The position numbers and the translations under genes are program-made. Positions 47,100-55,423 of a DNA stretch of 64,000 nucleotides are shown piece after piece. The stretch comes from Acidimicrobiales bacterium (GTDB taxonomy: Bacteria; Actinomycetota; Acidimicrobiia; Acidimicrobiales; RAAP-2): positions 44,346 to 108,345 of the forward strand of contig DASZIO010000037.1 of assembly GCA_035949055.1 (NCBI GenBank), written 5' to 3'. Every line of letters begins with the position of its first letter. Positions within the stretch are counted from its first letter, which is position 1. The notes beneath the pieces are model-generated. The model searched no databases. It saw nothing but the letters and a program-made list of their open reading frames with translations, and had not been told where the DNA came from.

Positions 47100-47420
47100 A
47101 TGAACACGATGAACGCCCGACCGTCAGGCCAGGGGCCGGCGGCATCGAAGGGGCGGCGGACCATCGGAGTGGGATTGGCTTCAGTGGCCATTGCGTTGGG
47201 CCTCGCCGCCTGTAGCAGCTCCGCTACACCCGCTTCGAATTCGACCACCGCGCCGAGAAACGCGCCCTCCGCGACGTCGCCCTCAGTCACGGCCAATTCG
47301 GCGCCATCGACGACCTCGGTCCCCTCGACAACGCTGTGCACCATTCCCCAGAACAACGGCGGTGACCATGACGCCGACAACAACGGTGGCCCCAACGACG
47401 GGGACGGGTGCGATCGCTAG
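47100..47420 (+). CDS. Small lipoprotein with Ser/Thr/Pro linker and Cys-flanked Gly/Asp/Asn-rich C-terminal tail
   Basis: The lipobox is LGLAAC. The tail reads CTIPQNNGGDHDADNNGGPNDGDGC. Length is 106 aa. Confidence 0.6.
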   Translation: MNTMNARPSGQGPAASKGRRTIGVGLASVAIALGLAACSSSATPASNSTTAPRNAPSATSPSVTANSAPSTTSVPSTTLCTIPQNNGGDHDADNNGGPNDGDGCDR

Positions 47421-47905
47421 TGCCGTCCGTATCGACGTCTTCGCCAACGGTCTCGCCTGAGTCGCACCGGCTGCTGTCTCTCCAGCGATTGTGGAGCATC
47501 GCCCTTCTCGGCGTACCGGAGTCACCTGGCCCTGTTCGTGTCGGCATCGTTCTGGCCATGGTGATCGGGGCGGCCACGATCGGTGCATCCGGCGCGATCC
47601 ATCTTCATTTGTGGCTTTCCGGTTATCGCAACGTGCCACGAATCGGTCCTCTGTTCCTGGCCCAGTCCATCTCCGGGTTCGTCCTGGCGATCGTCATCGT
47701 CGTCCTTCGCCGGATGATCGCAGTGGTGGCCGGGGCGGTCTTCCTAGCGGCCAGTGTGATCGGCCTGGTGTTGAGCGCCACCGTCGGGTTCTTGGGAATT
47801 CATGACGGGTTGGGTGTGCCCTGGGCCACAAATTCGATCATCGTGGAATTGGTCGGGTTCGTCGTGCTGGGCGCCTGCAGCCTGGCCATGGTGCGACGAC
47901 ACTGA
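47408..47905 (+). CDS. Small integral membrane protein (about 4 TM)
   Basis: Four hydrophobic stretches can be read from the translation. The start is uncertain (GTG 47408, TTG 47489 or ATG 47558). Confidence 0.5.
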   Translation: MRSLVPSVSTSSPTVSPESHRLLSLQRLWSIALLGVPESPGPVRVGIVLAMVIGAATIGASGAIHLHLWLSGYRNVPRIGPLFLAQSISGFVLAIVIVVLRRMIAVVAGAVFLAASVIGLVLSATVGFLGIHDGLGVPWATNSIIVELVGFVVLGACSLAMVRRH

Positions 47906-48426
47906 GGCGAAAGGGGCTGGGGCTGGTCTTCGCCGCCGCCGTCCTGACGGCGTGCAGCACGGGCTCGACTCAAGTCGACGCATTCGGGCTCACCGTCGGG
48001 CAACCGATCACCCGCAACGAGCTGGCCGCCCACCCGGAATCTCACCTCTACTACCCTGGTTCGACCCTGGTCCGCGAGGTGGGTTCGAACCAGACACCCA
48101 ATGAGAAGGGTGAGCCCAATCCCGCCTATGCCGGCGCCATCCTGACCGCTCCGGTCACCCCCGCCGCGCTCTATGCCTTCTACCGGAAGCAGCTCGAGGC
48201 CCGGGGGTTCCACAGCGTGGACGACTATCACCTCTCCACCCAAGTCTCCGGCCAGGCTTGGGAGGTGGATCAACGCGTCCAGGTCCAGATCGGTGTGTTC
48301 GATCCGACGTTGTTCGAGGCCGATCAGCCCAGTGGGAGCGCCGTCCGACCTGGGCACTTGTTCTACGAGGAGGTACTGGTCGGCTATCTCAACCATCCGA
48401 AGGGCGACGCGCAGCGACCGACGTAG
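47902..48426 (+). CDS. Putative lipoprotein with apparent CTG start
   Basis: The in-frame sequence upstream of the listed GTG 48079 start reads (L)RRKGLGLVFAAAVLTACSTGS, a textbook lipoprotein signal peptide. There is no ATG, GTG or TTG between the upstream stop (47803-47805) and 48079. CTG 47902 overlaps the previous stop as CTGA. Confidence 0.5.
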   Translation: MRRKGLGLVFAAAVLTACSTGSTQVDAFGLTVGQPITRNELAAHPESHLYYPGSTLVREVGSNQTPNEKGEPNPAYAGAILTAPVTPAALYAFYRKQLEARGFHSVDDYHLSTQVSGQAWEVDQRVQVQIGVFDPTLFEADQPSGSAVRPGHLFYEEVLVGYLNHPKGDAQRPT

Positions 48427-48543
48427 AATTTTGGACGCAGCTCGACGGCAGTTCTTAGTTGTCACCGGGGACAGGCCGTGAGATCCTCCTGAGAGTCCCA
48501 CTGGGAGGTCCGCCTCCAGATGTCACGCTGAACGGGGGTTGGC

Positions 48544-49485
48544 ATGAGTGGACCCGTTGATGCGAGGGACATGCCGGCCAGGGAGGAGTTGGCCACGGCG
48601 GAGGTGCGGGTGGTCGACGTCAGTGAAAGCCGGTTGGCCGAGGTCGGCTCCGTTGAGGTTCGTCGGGCCCTACCCAACCGGAGAAGACGGACGGTCGGTG
48701 CCTGGTGCTTCTGCGATCACTTCGGACCGACACGACAAACGCACGAGCACGGGATCGACATCGGGCCGCATCCCCACATGGGTCTTCAGACCGTGACATG
48801 GCTGCTGGCCGGGGAGGTGGTGCACCGTGACAGCCTCGGCTCCGAGCAGATCATCCGGCCCGGGCAACTCAACCTGATGACCGCCGGACACGGTGTGGCG
48901 CACTCGGAGGAGGGCACCGGTCGGTACCACGGCACGGTCCATGGCTTGCAGTTGTGGGTGGCCCAGCCTTCCGCCACCCGCCAAGGGCCGGCCGCCTTCG
49001 AGCACCACGGCGAGCTGGAGAAGGTCGATCTCGAGAACTGCGAGGCGACGATCTTGGTGGGAGAACTGGCCGGCTCGATCTCCGGCGCGCGCCGAGACAC
49101 TGACCACATCGGAGCCGACCTCTCACTACGGCAAGGGCACACAACGATCCCCCTGGTGCGAGTCTTCGAATACGCCCTGGTGGTGACCGAGGGTGGCGTG
49201 ACGACGGAGGGAAAGGACGTACGTCCCGGCCACCTCGCCCATCTCGGCACGGGCAGGGATGAGCTGACGATGAGGAGTGACGGCGGGAGTCGAGTCCTGC
49301 TGCTCGGGGGAACACCGTTCCCCGAGAGGGTGCTGATGTGGTGGAACTTCGTAGCCCGCACGAGGGACGAGATCGACGCCGCTCGCGAGGACTGGGCCGA
49401 CGATTCCGACCGCTTCGGCCACGTCGCTTCGCCGCTCCCGAGGATCGAAGTGGATTCGCCGTGGTGGGCGCTGAAGTCACCATGA
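48544..49485 (+). CDS. Pirin family protein
   Basis: The metal-binding cupin motifs are HPHMGLQTVTWLLAGEVVHRDSLG and MTAGHGVAHSE. Confidence 0.85.
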   Translation: MSGPVDARDMPAREELATAEVRVVDVSESRLAEVGSVEVRRALPNRRRRTVGAWCFCDHFGPTRQTHEHGIDIGPHPHMGLQTVTWLLAGEVVHRDSLGSEQIIRPGQLNLMTAGHGVAHSEEGTGRYHGTVHGLQLWVAQPSATRQGPAAFEHHGELEKVDLENCEATILVGELAGSISGARRDTDHIGADLSLRQGHTTIPLVRVFEYALVVTEGGVTTEGKDVRPGHLAHLGTGRDELTMRSDGGSRVLLLGGTPFPERVLMWWNFVARTRDEIDAAREDWADDSDRFGHVASPLPRIEVDSPWWALKSP

Positions 49486-49643
49486 ACACCGGCCGCCACC
49501 GCGAGTCCGCCAGACCGGAAGAGCGCCGGCGGCGTACCGATGAGGTGTTCAACGACTCTTCGACCAACCGCGTCATGCGGGTCTGGCTCGACGAGTCGGG
49601 CGAGCGGCACTACGTGGCCGAGGCAGAACGGCCGGCTATCTGA
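49482..49643 (+). CDS. 53-codon hypothetical ORF coupled to pirin by ATGA overlap
   Basis: ATG 49482 overlaps the pirin TGA. The product is basic (ERRRRTDEVFND). No family was recognised. Confidence 0.25.
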   Translation: MNTGRHRESARPEERRRRTDEVFNDSSTNRVMRVWLDESGERHYVAEAERPAI

Positions 49644-49728
49644 ACACCTTCACAGCCGCGCCCGAGCTGCGGTTTACCCGCCTCCAACTGTGTTGACCCG
49701 CCTCCGTACGCTGTGAGAGCCTCACGCC

Positions 49729-50496
49729 GTGAGACGACTAGAGGACAAGGTGGTCGTGGTGGCGGGTGGTGCGGGCGGGATCGGCACCGTCACCTGTCGG
49801 CGCCTGGCGAGCGAAGGAGCCGCCGTGGTGGTAGGCGACCTGAACGCGGGGGGCGCCTCGGCGGTGGCCGATTCCATCACTGCCGAGGGTGGCCGGGCAC
49901 TGGCCGTTCACACGGACATAGCCGATGAGTCCTCGGTCGGCGAACTGTTCCGAAGAGCGACCGAGCACTTTGGCGGCATCGACGGTGTGCACGCCAATGC
50001 GGCCGACCTCTCCCCCGCCACCATCGGGGGCGATACCGACGCCGTCTCCATGCAGTTGGACCTCTTCGACCACATCCTGGCCGTCAATCTTCGCGGTCAC
50101 TTCCTCTGCACCCGAAGTGCGGTGCCCGCCCTGCTCGCCCGGGGCGGCGGCAGCCTCGTGTACACCGCTTCGGCCGCCGCCTTCCTCGGGGAGCCGGCGC
50201 GTCCGGCCTACGCCATCGCCAAAGCGGGGGTCTGTGCCCTCGTGCGCCATGTCGCCACCAAATGGGGTCGAGACCGAATTCGGGCCAACGCGGTCGCGCC
50301 CGGCCTGGTCGTCACGCCGATGATCGCCGCCGCCGGGGCCGAGGAGATCCTGGCCCGCTCGCTCCGTCATACCCGGAGCTGGCGCCTGGGAGAGCCCGCG
50401 GACATTGGGGCCATGGTCGCCCATCTGATGTCGGACGAGGCCCAGTGGATCAACGGTCAGGTGATCAGCGTGGACGGCGGAACGGTGCTCCACTGA
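49729..50496 (+). CDS. SDR family oxidoreductase
   Basis: Motifs are VVVVAGGAGGIG (TGxxxGxG-type), NAAD and YAIAKAG (YxxxK). Confidence 0.85.
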   Translation: MRRLEDKVVVVAGGAGGIGTVTCRRLASEGAAVVVGDLNAGGASAVADSITAEGGRALAVHTDIADESSVGELFRRATEHFGGIDGVHANAADLSPATIGGDTDAVSMQLDLFDHILAVNLRGHFLCTRSAVPALLARGGGSLVYTASAAAFLGEPARPAYAIAKAGVCALVRHVATKWGRDRIRANAVAPGLVVTPMIAAAGAEEILARSLRHTRSWRLGEPADIGAMVAHLMSDEAQWINGQVISVDGGTVLH

Positions 50497-50583
50497 TCTG
50501 GCCGGGCCCGTCCAGATGCGGGCCGTTCCCACCCCCGAGCCCATAGGCCCAACCCGGCATCCCGGCTACCGCAGCTGACGCAG

Positions 50584-51375
50584 CTACCGCGTGAGCGTCA
50601 TGGGGCTCGAAGTGGCGGGAGCCCGGGTGGGGCCCAGAAAAATTTGGCCCGGTGGGGCGGCCGACCCGTTGATGCTGAGGTTGAACGTGGCATGGCACGC
50701 ATCATTGGAGGCGAAATTGATCCCGTCGAGGTAGCCACCATTGACGAAGCGGAACTGGATCGCGTTGGGAGCGGTCTGGGACGCCCTGTCTACGTGCTCC
50801 AACTTCAGTCTGCTCAGACCACTGAACGTCCCATCCGTGGTGATGGTCCCACTGAATACCTGGCCGGAAGAGCCCGGATGGGTCGCGTAGAGCGTCCAGT
50901 CGTTGTTGACCTCCCCGACGTAGATCCCTTGGGGATAGTGGAGATGAACCGTCGGGGCGCCTGTCACAGCGTTGGGCCACGGAGATGATGGTGCGCAATG
51001 GCAGGTGCTGAGTAGTCCATGCCGATATCCCACCATCTTGCGCAACGGCGGACCAACCAGGGCATCGGCCTGCAAACGGCCCACATGGTCGCACACACTC
51101 GGATAGGGCACGGACAGAACGCCTGAGGTGCCGGTCGCCGTGCCGACCACGGGCTGGCCCGGCATGTCCGGCTCGTCGACGAACAGCACCCAATTGCACC
51201 GAGTGAAACGCGCACTCTGCCGGCAGGGCGAAGTGGGAAGGGTCATGGTGACCATGCGCGCCTGATCGTCGAATTTGATGTGGACGAACTGCGAGTCGGC
51301 CGCCCCTGCCGGCGTGGGTTGAGCCACGAGCAACAGGGTGACCACTGCCAGTGCGGGACCCAACCATCGTCTCAT
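50584..51375 (-). CDS. Secreted hypothetical protein
   Basis: The signal peptide is MRRWLGPALAVVTLLLVAQPTPAGAAD. The protein is 263 aa with several Cys. No family was recognised. Confidence 0.55.
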   Translation of the reverse strand: MRRWLGPALAVVTLLLVAQPTPAGAADSQFVHIKFDDQARMVTMTLPTSPCRQSARFTRCNWVLFVDEPDMPGQPVVGTATGTSGVLSVPYPSVCDHVGRLQADALVGPPLRKMVGYRHGLLSTCHCAPSSPWPNAVTGAPTVHLHYPQGIYVGEVNNDWTLYATHPGSSGQVFSGTITTDGTFSGLSRLKLEHVDRASQTAPNAIQFRFVNGGYLDGINFASNDACHATFNLSINGSAAPPGQIFLGPTRAPATSSPMTLTR

Positions 51376-51997
51376 GGTGCCCTCCTTCCGCTAAGACGGG
51401 TATCGACCACAAATCGGGGGCCTTTAAGGATTTGCGCGAAGCGGCGGCGATAAGAAGTGGTGCACCTCGAGGTCCGCCATAAGAGTCCTTGACTCCCCAT
51501 TGACTTTCACGCACCGCCCATCCGCCCCCCCTCCTTGGAGGGGGCCGCGAAGGGACCGGCTCGGTGCTCCATCGTCGGCTTCATCTCGGGCCTGTGCCGC
51601 GACGGCAGACCGCCCGAATGCCACTGAGGAGCGGCGCCGTCGAGGCCTTACTGGTGTCGATCCGACGATCCATGCGGCGTGCCGTCCCCTGTCCTCACAG
51701 ATGACTCAAGCGACGGGGATTGCGTCATTGGTGAGGAGGAACTGAATGAGTCGCGCTCGAGGCAGTCAGTGGTTGGACTCCTCCGGCGTCGCTGCTCAAT
51801 GCCAGTCCGGCGGGTGCTACGTCCTCGGCCTTCCAGGCCACGCAGACCTGGGGCCCCGCTCCAGATTCCGGCATCTGCATTTCGCCGGTGACCGCTGACT
51901 ACTCGTCCACCGGCGTGTCATTGGCGTCAGTATGGGACGGGCGACGCGCCCGGCGGTCACCGTGCAGGTTCAGCGATGTGGGCAGTTGTCATGATCG

Positions 51998-52777
51998 TTA
52001 CCTTGCGCCGCCAATAGGAATGGGAATGACGCTCACCGTGACTCCACCTTCGTCGACGACGACTTGTGAGAAGGCAGAACCCGGAAGTTTGTGGAACTCG
52101 GCTCGGGCCAGCACATCCATCCGATAGGCGACCGATGGCGAGACCCACACGGGTATCGAGGCGACGGCACCGAGTCCTTCGTGATGGTTGTGGCCACAAA
52201 GCACCACACGGACATCTGACCCGGCGATCGCATCTGCCAAGGCCTCGGGCTCCCGAAGCCTGAGGTGGGACATGGGTTTGACCGGGGATGGAATCGGAGG
52301 ATGGTGCAGAGCGAGAACGGTGCCGCCCGGCGCGGGTGTCGCCAAGGTGTCCCGAAGGAATCCCAGCGTCTCGTGCGTGAGTGCCCCGAACTCCTCACCG
52401 GGAACGACCGAATCCAGGCAGACGACTCTGAGATCACCGCACCAATAGACCTGATTGATGGTCTCCCATGTCGGGGCTGAATGAAGGAGGTGACGGCGGA
52501 ACGGGGGGTGAGCGTCATGGTTGCCAGGTAAATAGGCGACGCTTGCGCCGGTCGATGCCGCCACTGCGTCCATGATTTCAGCCAAGTCCTCGTAGCACTC
52601 GGGGTCACCTGTGTCGGCGAGGTCGCCCGTGAGGATGAAGAGGTCGGGTTCAAGCCCGGCGTCGATCACCAGGGAAAGCCCAGCACAGAGGTTGTCGCGC
52701 GGCCGTACCCCCGGTAGCAGCATTCCCCCGCCGGTGAGATGGATGTCGGATATTTGGATGAGTAGTCGCTCAGGCAA
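51998..52777 (-). CDS. Class III metallophosphoesterase, cyclic-nucleotide phosphodiesterase CpdA/Rv0805-like
   Basis: The motif series is ISDIHL, TGDLAD, PGNHD, LHHPP and CGHNHH. Confidence 0.8.
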   Translation of the reverse strand: MPERLLIQISDIHLTGGGMLLPGVRPRDNLCAGLSLVIDAGLEPDLFILTGDLADTGDPECYEDLAEIMDAVAASTGASVAYLPGNHDAHPPFRRHLLHSAPTWETINQVYWCGDLRVVCLDSVVPGEEFGALTHETLGFLRDTLATPAPGGTVLALHHPPIPSPVKPMSHLRLREPEALADAIAGSDVRVVLCGHNHHEGLGAVASIPVWVSPSVAYRMDVLARAEFHKLPGSAFSQVVVDEGGVTVSVIPIPIGGAR

Positions 52778-53089
52778 GCGATCCCCTTCGTTCGGGTGCT
52801 CCAGAGGTCAGTCAGTCAGCCGGCCCGTTGACTCCGATCAGGTTGCCCCCTGATCGACGACCGGATCGGCCATTGAGCCTCAAATCCCAACGACGGTCCC
52901 GATCAGAGTGGTGAGGAACTTGGCGAGACCGGTCAGCGTCAGGCAGAAGGCCAGGAGTCACTCCTTGAACCTTCAGAGCCATTCACAGACGATAGTGAGG
53001 CCGAGGCTCGTGTGCCCGCCTACACCGCGCCGGTCACCCCATCCCCACACCCAGGACGCACTGGAAGAGCTGCCCGCGCACGTCCCTGA

Positions 53090-53671
53090 TCAGCGATCGG
53101 CAGTGGGAAGATCGTTGGCGAACTCGATGAACGGTTCCGGCGGCAAGTACTCGGCCGGGATGTCCTCTGGATGCTGGTAGAAGTCGACGTCGAAGACATT
53201 GGAGACACCGGAAGCCTGGACGATGCCCGTAAGCCCGGCGTCAATGCCGGCCAGGAAGGCTTGCTTCCCGTCGGTGGCACCCGAGACAAGCGACTCGTAG
53301 GTTTCTTTGGAAACCCGGGCAGTCAGGCTGTAGGAGCACCCGTCCGCTGTCTCGCCAACGCGACGACCGATCATGCAGTGCCGTTTGCCGTCGTCGATGG
53401 CATAAACAGCTGCATCACCAGTGCCGACACAAACCCGGATGCGGTCCGGATGCCCGAAGAGGTGTGGCCACTGCTCGTGCCGACGGTCCTTCATGGCCCA
53501 GAGCGGGCTCGGGGGAATCACACCTTCCGGCTCGTCCTCCTCCAGCGGTGTTGCGTCGGTGGGGGCGGTCACAGGAAAGGTCGATGCCTCGGTCTCCGGA
53601 GTGAAGTGGAGCTGTCCGTCGTCCCGGGACTGAAATGTCCCGACATCTCGTGGTTCTTCTCTATCAGCCAT
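53090..53671 (-). CDS. Hypothetical protein (193 aa, acidic N-terminus)
   Basis: This is a clean ORF on the same strand as the upstream hydrolase-cyclase gene. No motif was recognised. Confidence 0.45.
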   Translation of the reverse strand: MADREEPRDVGTFQSRDDGQLHFTPETEASTFPVTAPTDATPLEEDEPEGVIPPSPLWAMKDRRHEQWPHLFGHPDRIRVCVGTGDAAVYAIDDGKRHCMIGRRVGETADGCSYSLTARVSKETYESLVSGATDGKQAFLAGIDAGLTGIVQASGVSNVFDVDFYQHPEDIPAEYLPPEPFIEFANDLPTADR

Positions 53672-53851
53672 CGCTGGGTCCTCTCATTGGGAGGCCGCAC
53701 AGTTGAGTGCGGCCCGAGTCCGATGCTCGCTGCCGGCCGCGATCGTGGTGCCACTCTGCCGGACATACCGCGCCGGTGCGTTCGAGGGTGCCCCGAACCA
53801 CGTAAGGCGGTTTGGCGCACCCGTCGTTCTTGCGCCGGGAGCTTCCTTCAG

Positions 53852-55204
53852 TCATCGAGCGATCGGAACCGCATGAGCCGGAACGTTTACGGCGAAAAGG
53901 CGCCACATCCCCGGCACGCCTTTGAGTTCGTGCTCGCCACGGTCTGCGAACCCGAGGCCGGACCCAGCCACGAGATCGGTCACGGTGCGCGAGACCAGCA
54001 CCTGACTCGCCTCTGCGAGCGCAGCGACTCTCGCTCCGATATGAACTCCAATGCCGCCGAGGTCACTGCCTCTCCGTACGCACTCACCGGTGTGGACTCC
54101 GGCGCGCAACTCGATGCCGAGTGATCGGACCGCCTCGGATGCGGCCATTGCGCACTCCACCGCCCGGGCTGGACCGTCAAATGCAGCGAGGAATCCGTCT
54201 CCGGTTGTCTTGATCTCTTCACCGCGGAACCGGTCGAGCAGGCGACGCAGGACATCGTCATGGTGGTCGAGAAGGTCGCGCCAGCGCTGATCGCCCAAAT
54301 CAGCAGCTCGACGCGTGGAGTCGACAATGTCGGTGAAGAGGACAGTGGTCAGGATTCGCTCGGGATTGGGCGCCGGTCGATGTCCCGTCAGAAACTCCTC
54401 GATCTCATCGAAGGGCCCGGCCTCGTCCTCGCGAATCGTCAGGTGATCCTCGCTGGCCAGTTCGATGTAACGAGCACCGGGGATGTGCTCGGCGAGGTAT
54501 TGGCCATGCTCCACCGATATGACCGAATCACCAGCGCCATGCACGACGACCGTCGGGACGCCAATCGTCGGCAGGACCGGTCGCACGTCGATGGCGGCAA
54601 CCATCTCGACGATGCCCACCATCGCACTTGGGCTGGCACCGTTGCGCTCGTAGCGGGCGAACTGGTCCCGCATCGCCGGGTCGTCGGCCGCACTGGGGAA
54701 GAAGTTGGCCACGACTGATCCCGTGCCCCACTGCTCCTCGAACGCCGCGATGATGGGCGCAACCGCCTCCGGCGGGTAGCCGAATGGTTGGTCGGGAGAT
54801 TGGACCAGTCGGGCAAAGGAGCCTTGCAGCACCAGCGCCGAGGTGCGTGTCGGATACGTTGCAGCGAAGAGTATGCACATCGGCCCGCCTTCTGAGATCC
54901 CCCAGAGCGCGGCGCGGTCGACGCCCACGGCATCCATCACAGCCCGCACGTCGTCCATCCGCTGCTCGAGTGTGGGAACTCCGACCGCCCGATCGGACAG
55001 ACCAGTTCCCCGCTTGTCGAATGAAATGACCCGGGCGAAGGACCCAATCTTTCGCATCGCAGGACCGGAGAACGGCATGTCCCACGCCAACTCGACATTG
55101 GAGACGAATCCAGGGACTAGAACCACGTCGAGAGGTCCATCGCCCGAGACCTGGTACGCGATGTGGACATCCCCGCTCTTGGCGTAGCGAGTCTCGGGCA
55201 TCAC
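53852..55204 (-). CDS. Alpha/beta hydrolase fused to class III adenylate/guanylate cyclase (LipJ/Rv1900c-like architecture)
   Basis: The N-terminus shows VVLVPGF, FDKRGTGLSD and the elbow GISEGG. The C-terminal cyclase blocks are TVLFTDIVDSTRRA, IKTTGDGFLAAF and RAGVHTGE...GIGVHIGARV. Confidence 0.85.
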   Translation of the reverse strand: MMPETRYAKSGDVHIAYQVSGDGPLDVVLVPGFVSNVELAWDMPFSGPAMRKIGSFARVISFDKRGTGLSDRAVGVPTLEQRMDDVRAVMDAVGVDRAALWGISEGGPMCILFAATYPTRTSALVLQGSFARLVQSPDQPFGYPPEAVAPIIAAFEEQWGTGSVVANFFPSAADDPAMRDQFARYERNGASPSAMVGIVEMVAAIDVRPVLPTIGVPTVVVHGAGDSVISVEHGQYLAEHIPGARYIELASEDHLTIREDEAGPFDEIEEFLTGHRPAPNPERILTTVLFTDIVDSTRRAADLGDQRWRDLLDHHDDVLRRLLDRFRGEEIKTTGDGFLAAFDGPARAVECAMAASEAVRSLGIELRAGVHTGECVRRGSDLGGIGVHIGARVAALAEASQVLVSRTVTDLVAGSGLGFADRGEHELKGVPGMWRLFAVNVPAHAVPIAR

Positions 55205-55423
55205 AACCGCCAGCCTTCACCAACTAACAAATCGGGTCAATACCTGCGGCCGGACGGACGCAAGCGGAGGAATATGGCCGGCGACAGCCTCCGCCGCTCG
55301 CATTTCCAATAGACATTGGCTCGGGACTTACGCACAACGTCTCGGGTTCGGCGGAAGACCCTTGCTACGACGAGTCCAGCACACGGACGCCATCGGAGGT
55401 AACCGCGAGGGCCTTGAGACCCA

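Noticed and set aside
46862-47395. 177-aa minus-strand ORF in the gap after the adenylate cyclase
   Set aside because: It overlaps the lipoprotein gene, which has a clear signal peptide and lipobox, on the opposite strand. It has no motifs. The 366-bp gap at 46734-47099 is left unannotated.
51560-51700. Possible cobalamin riboswitch in the 51.4-52.0 kb gap (GCCACTG at 51620-51626)
   Set aside because: The other conserved elements (the GGGAA...GGTGNNAATCC segment and the AGYCMGGAGACCKGCC box) are not present around it.
53090-55204. Pycsar/CBASS-like cyclase plus effector defence pair
   Set aside because: The cyclase has the well-known mycobacterial LipJ hydrolase-cyclase architecture. The downstream 193-aa protein shows no cNMP-binding, TM, TIR or nuclease motif. 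The idea is kept only as an orphan-partner question.
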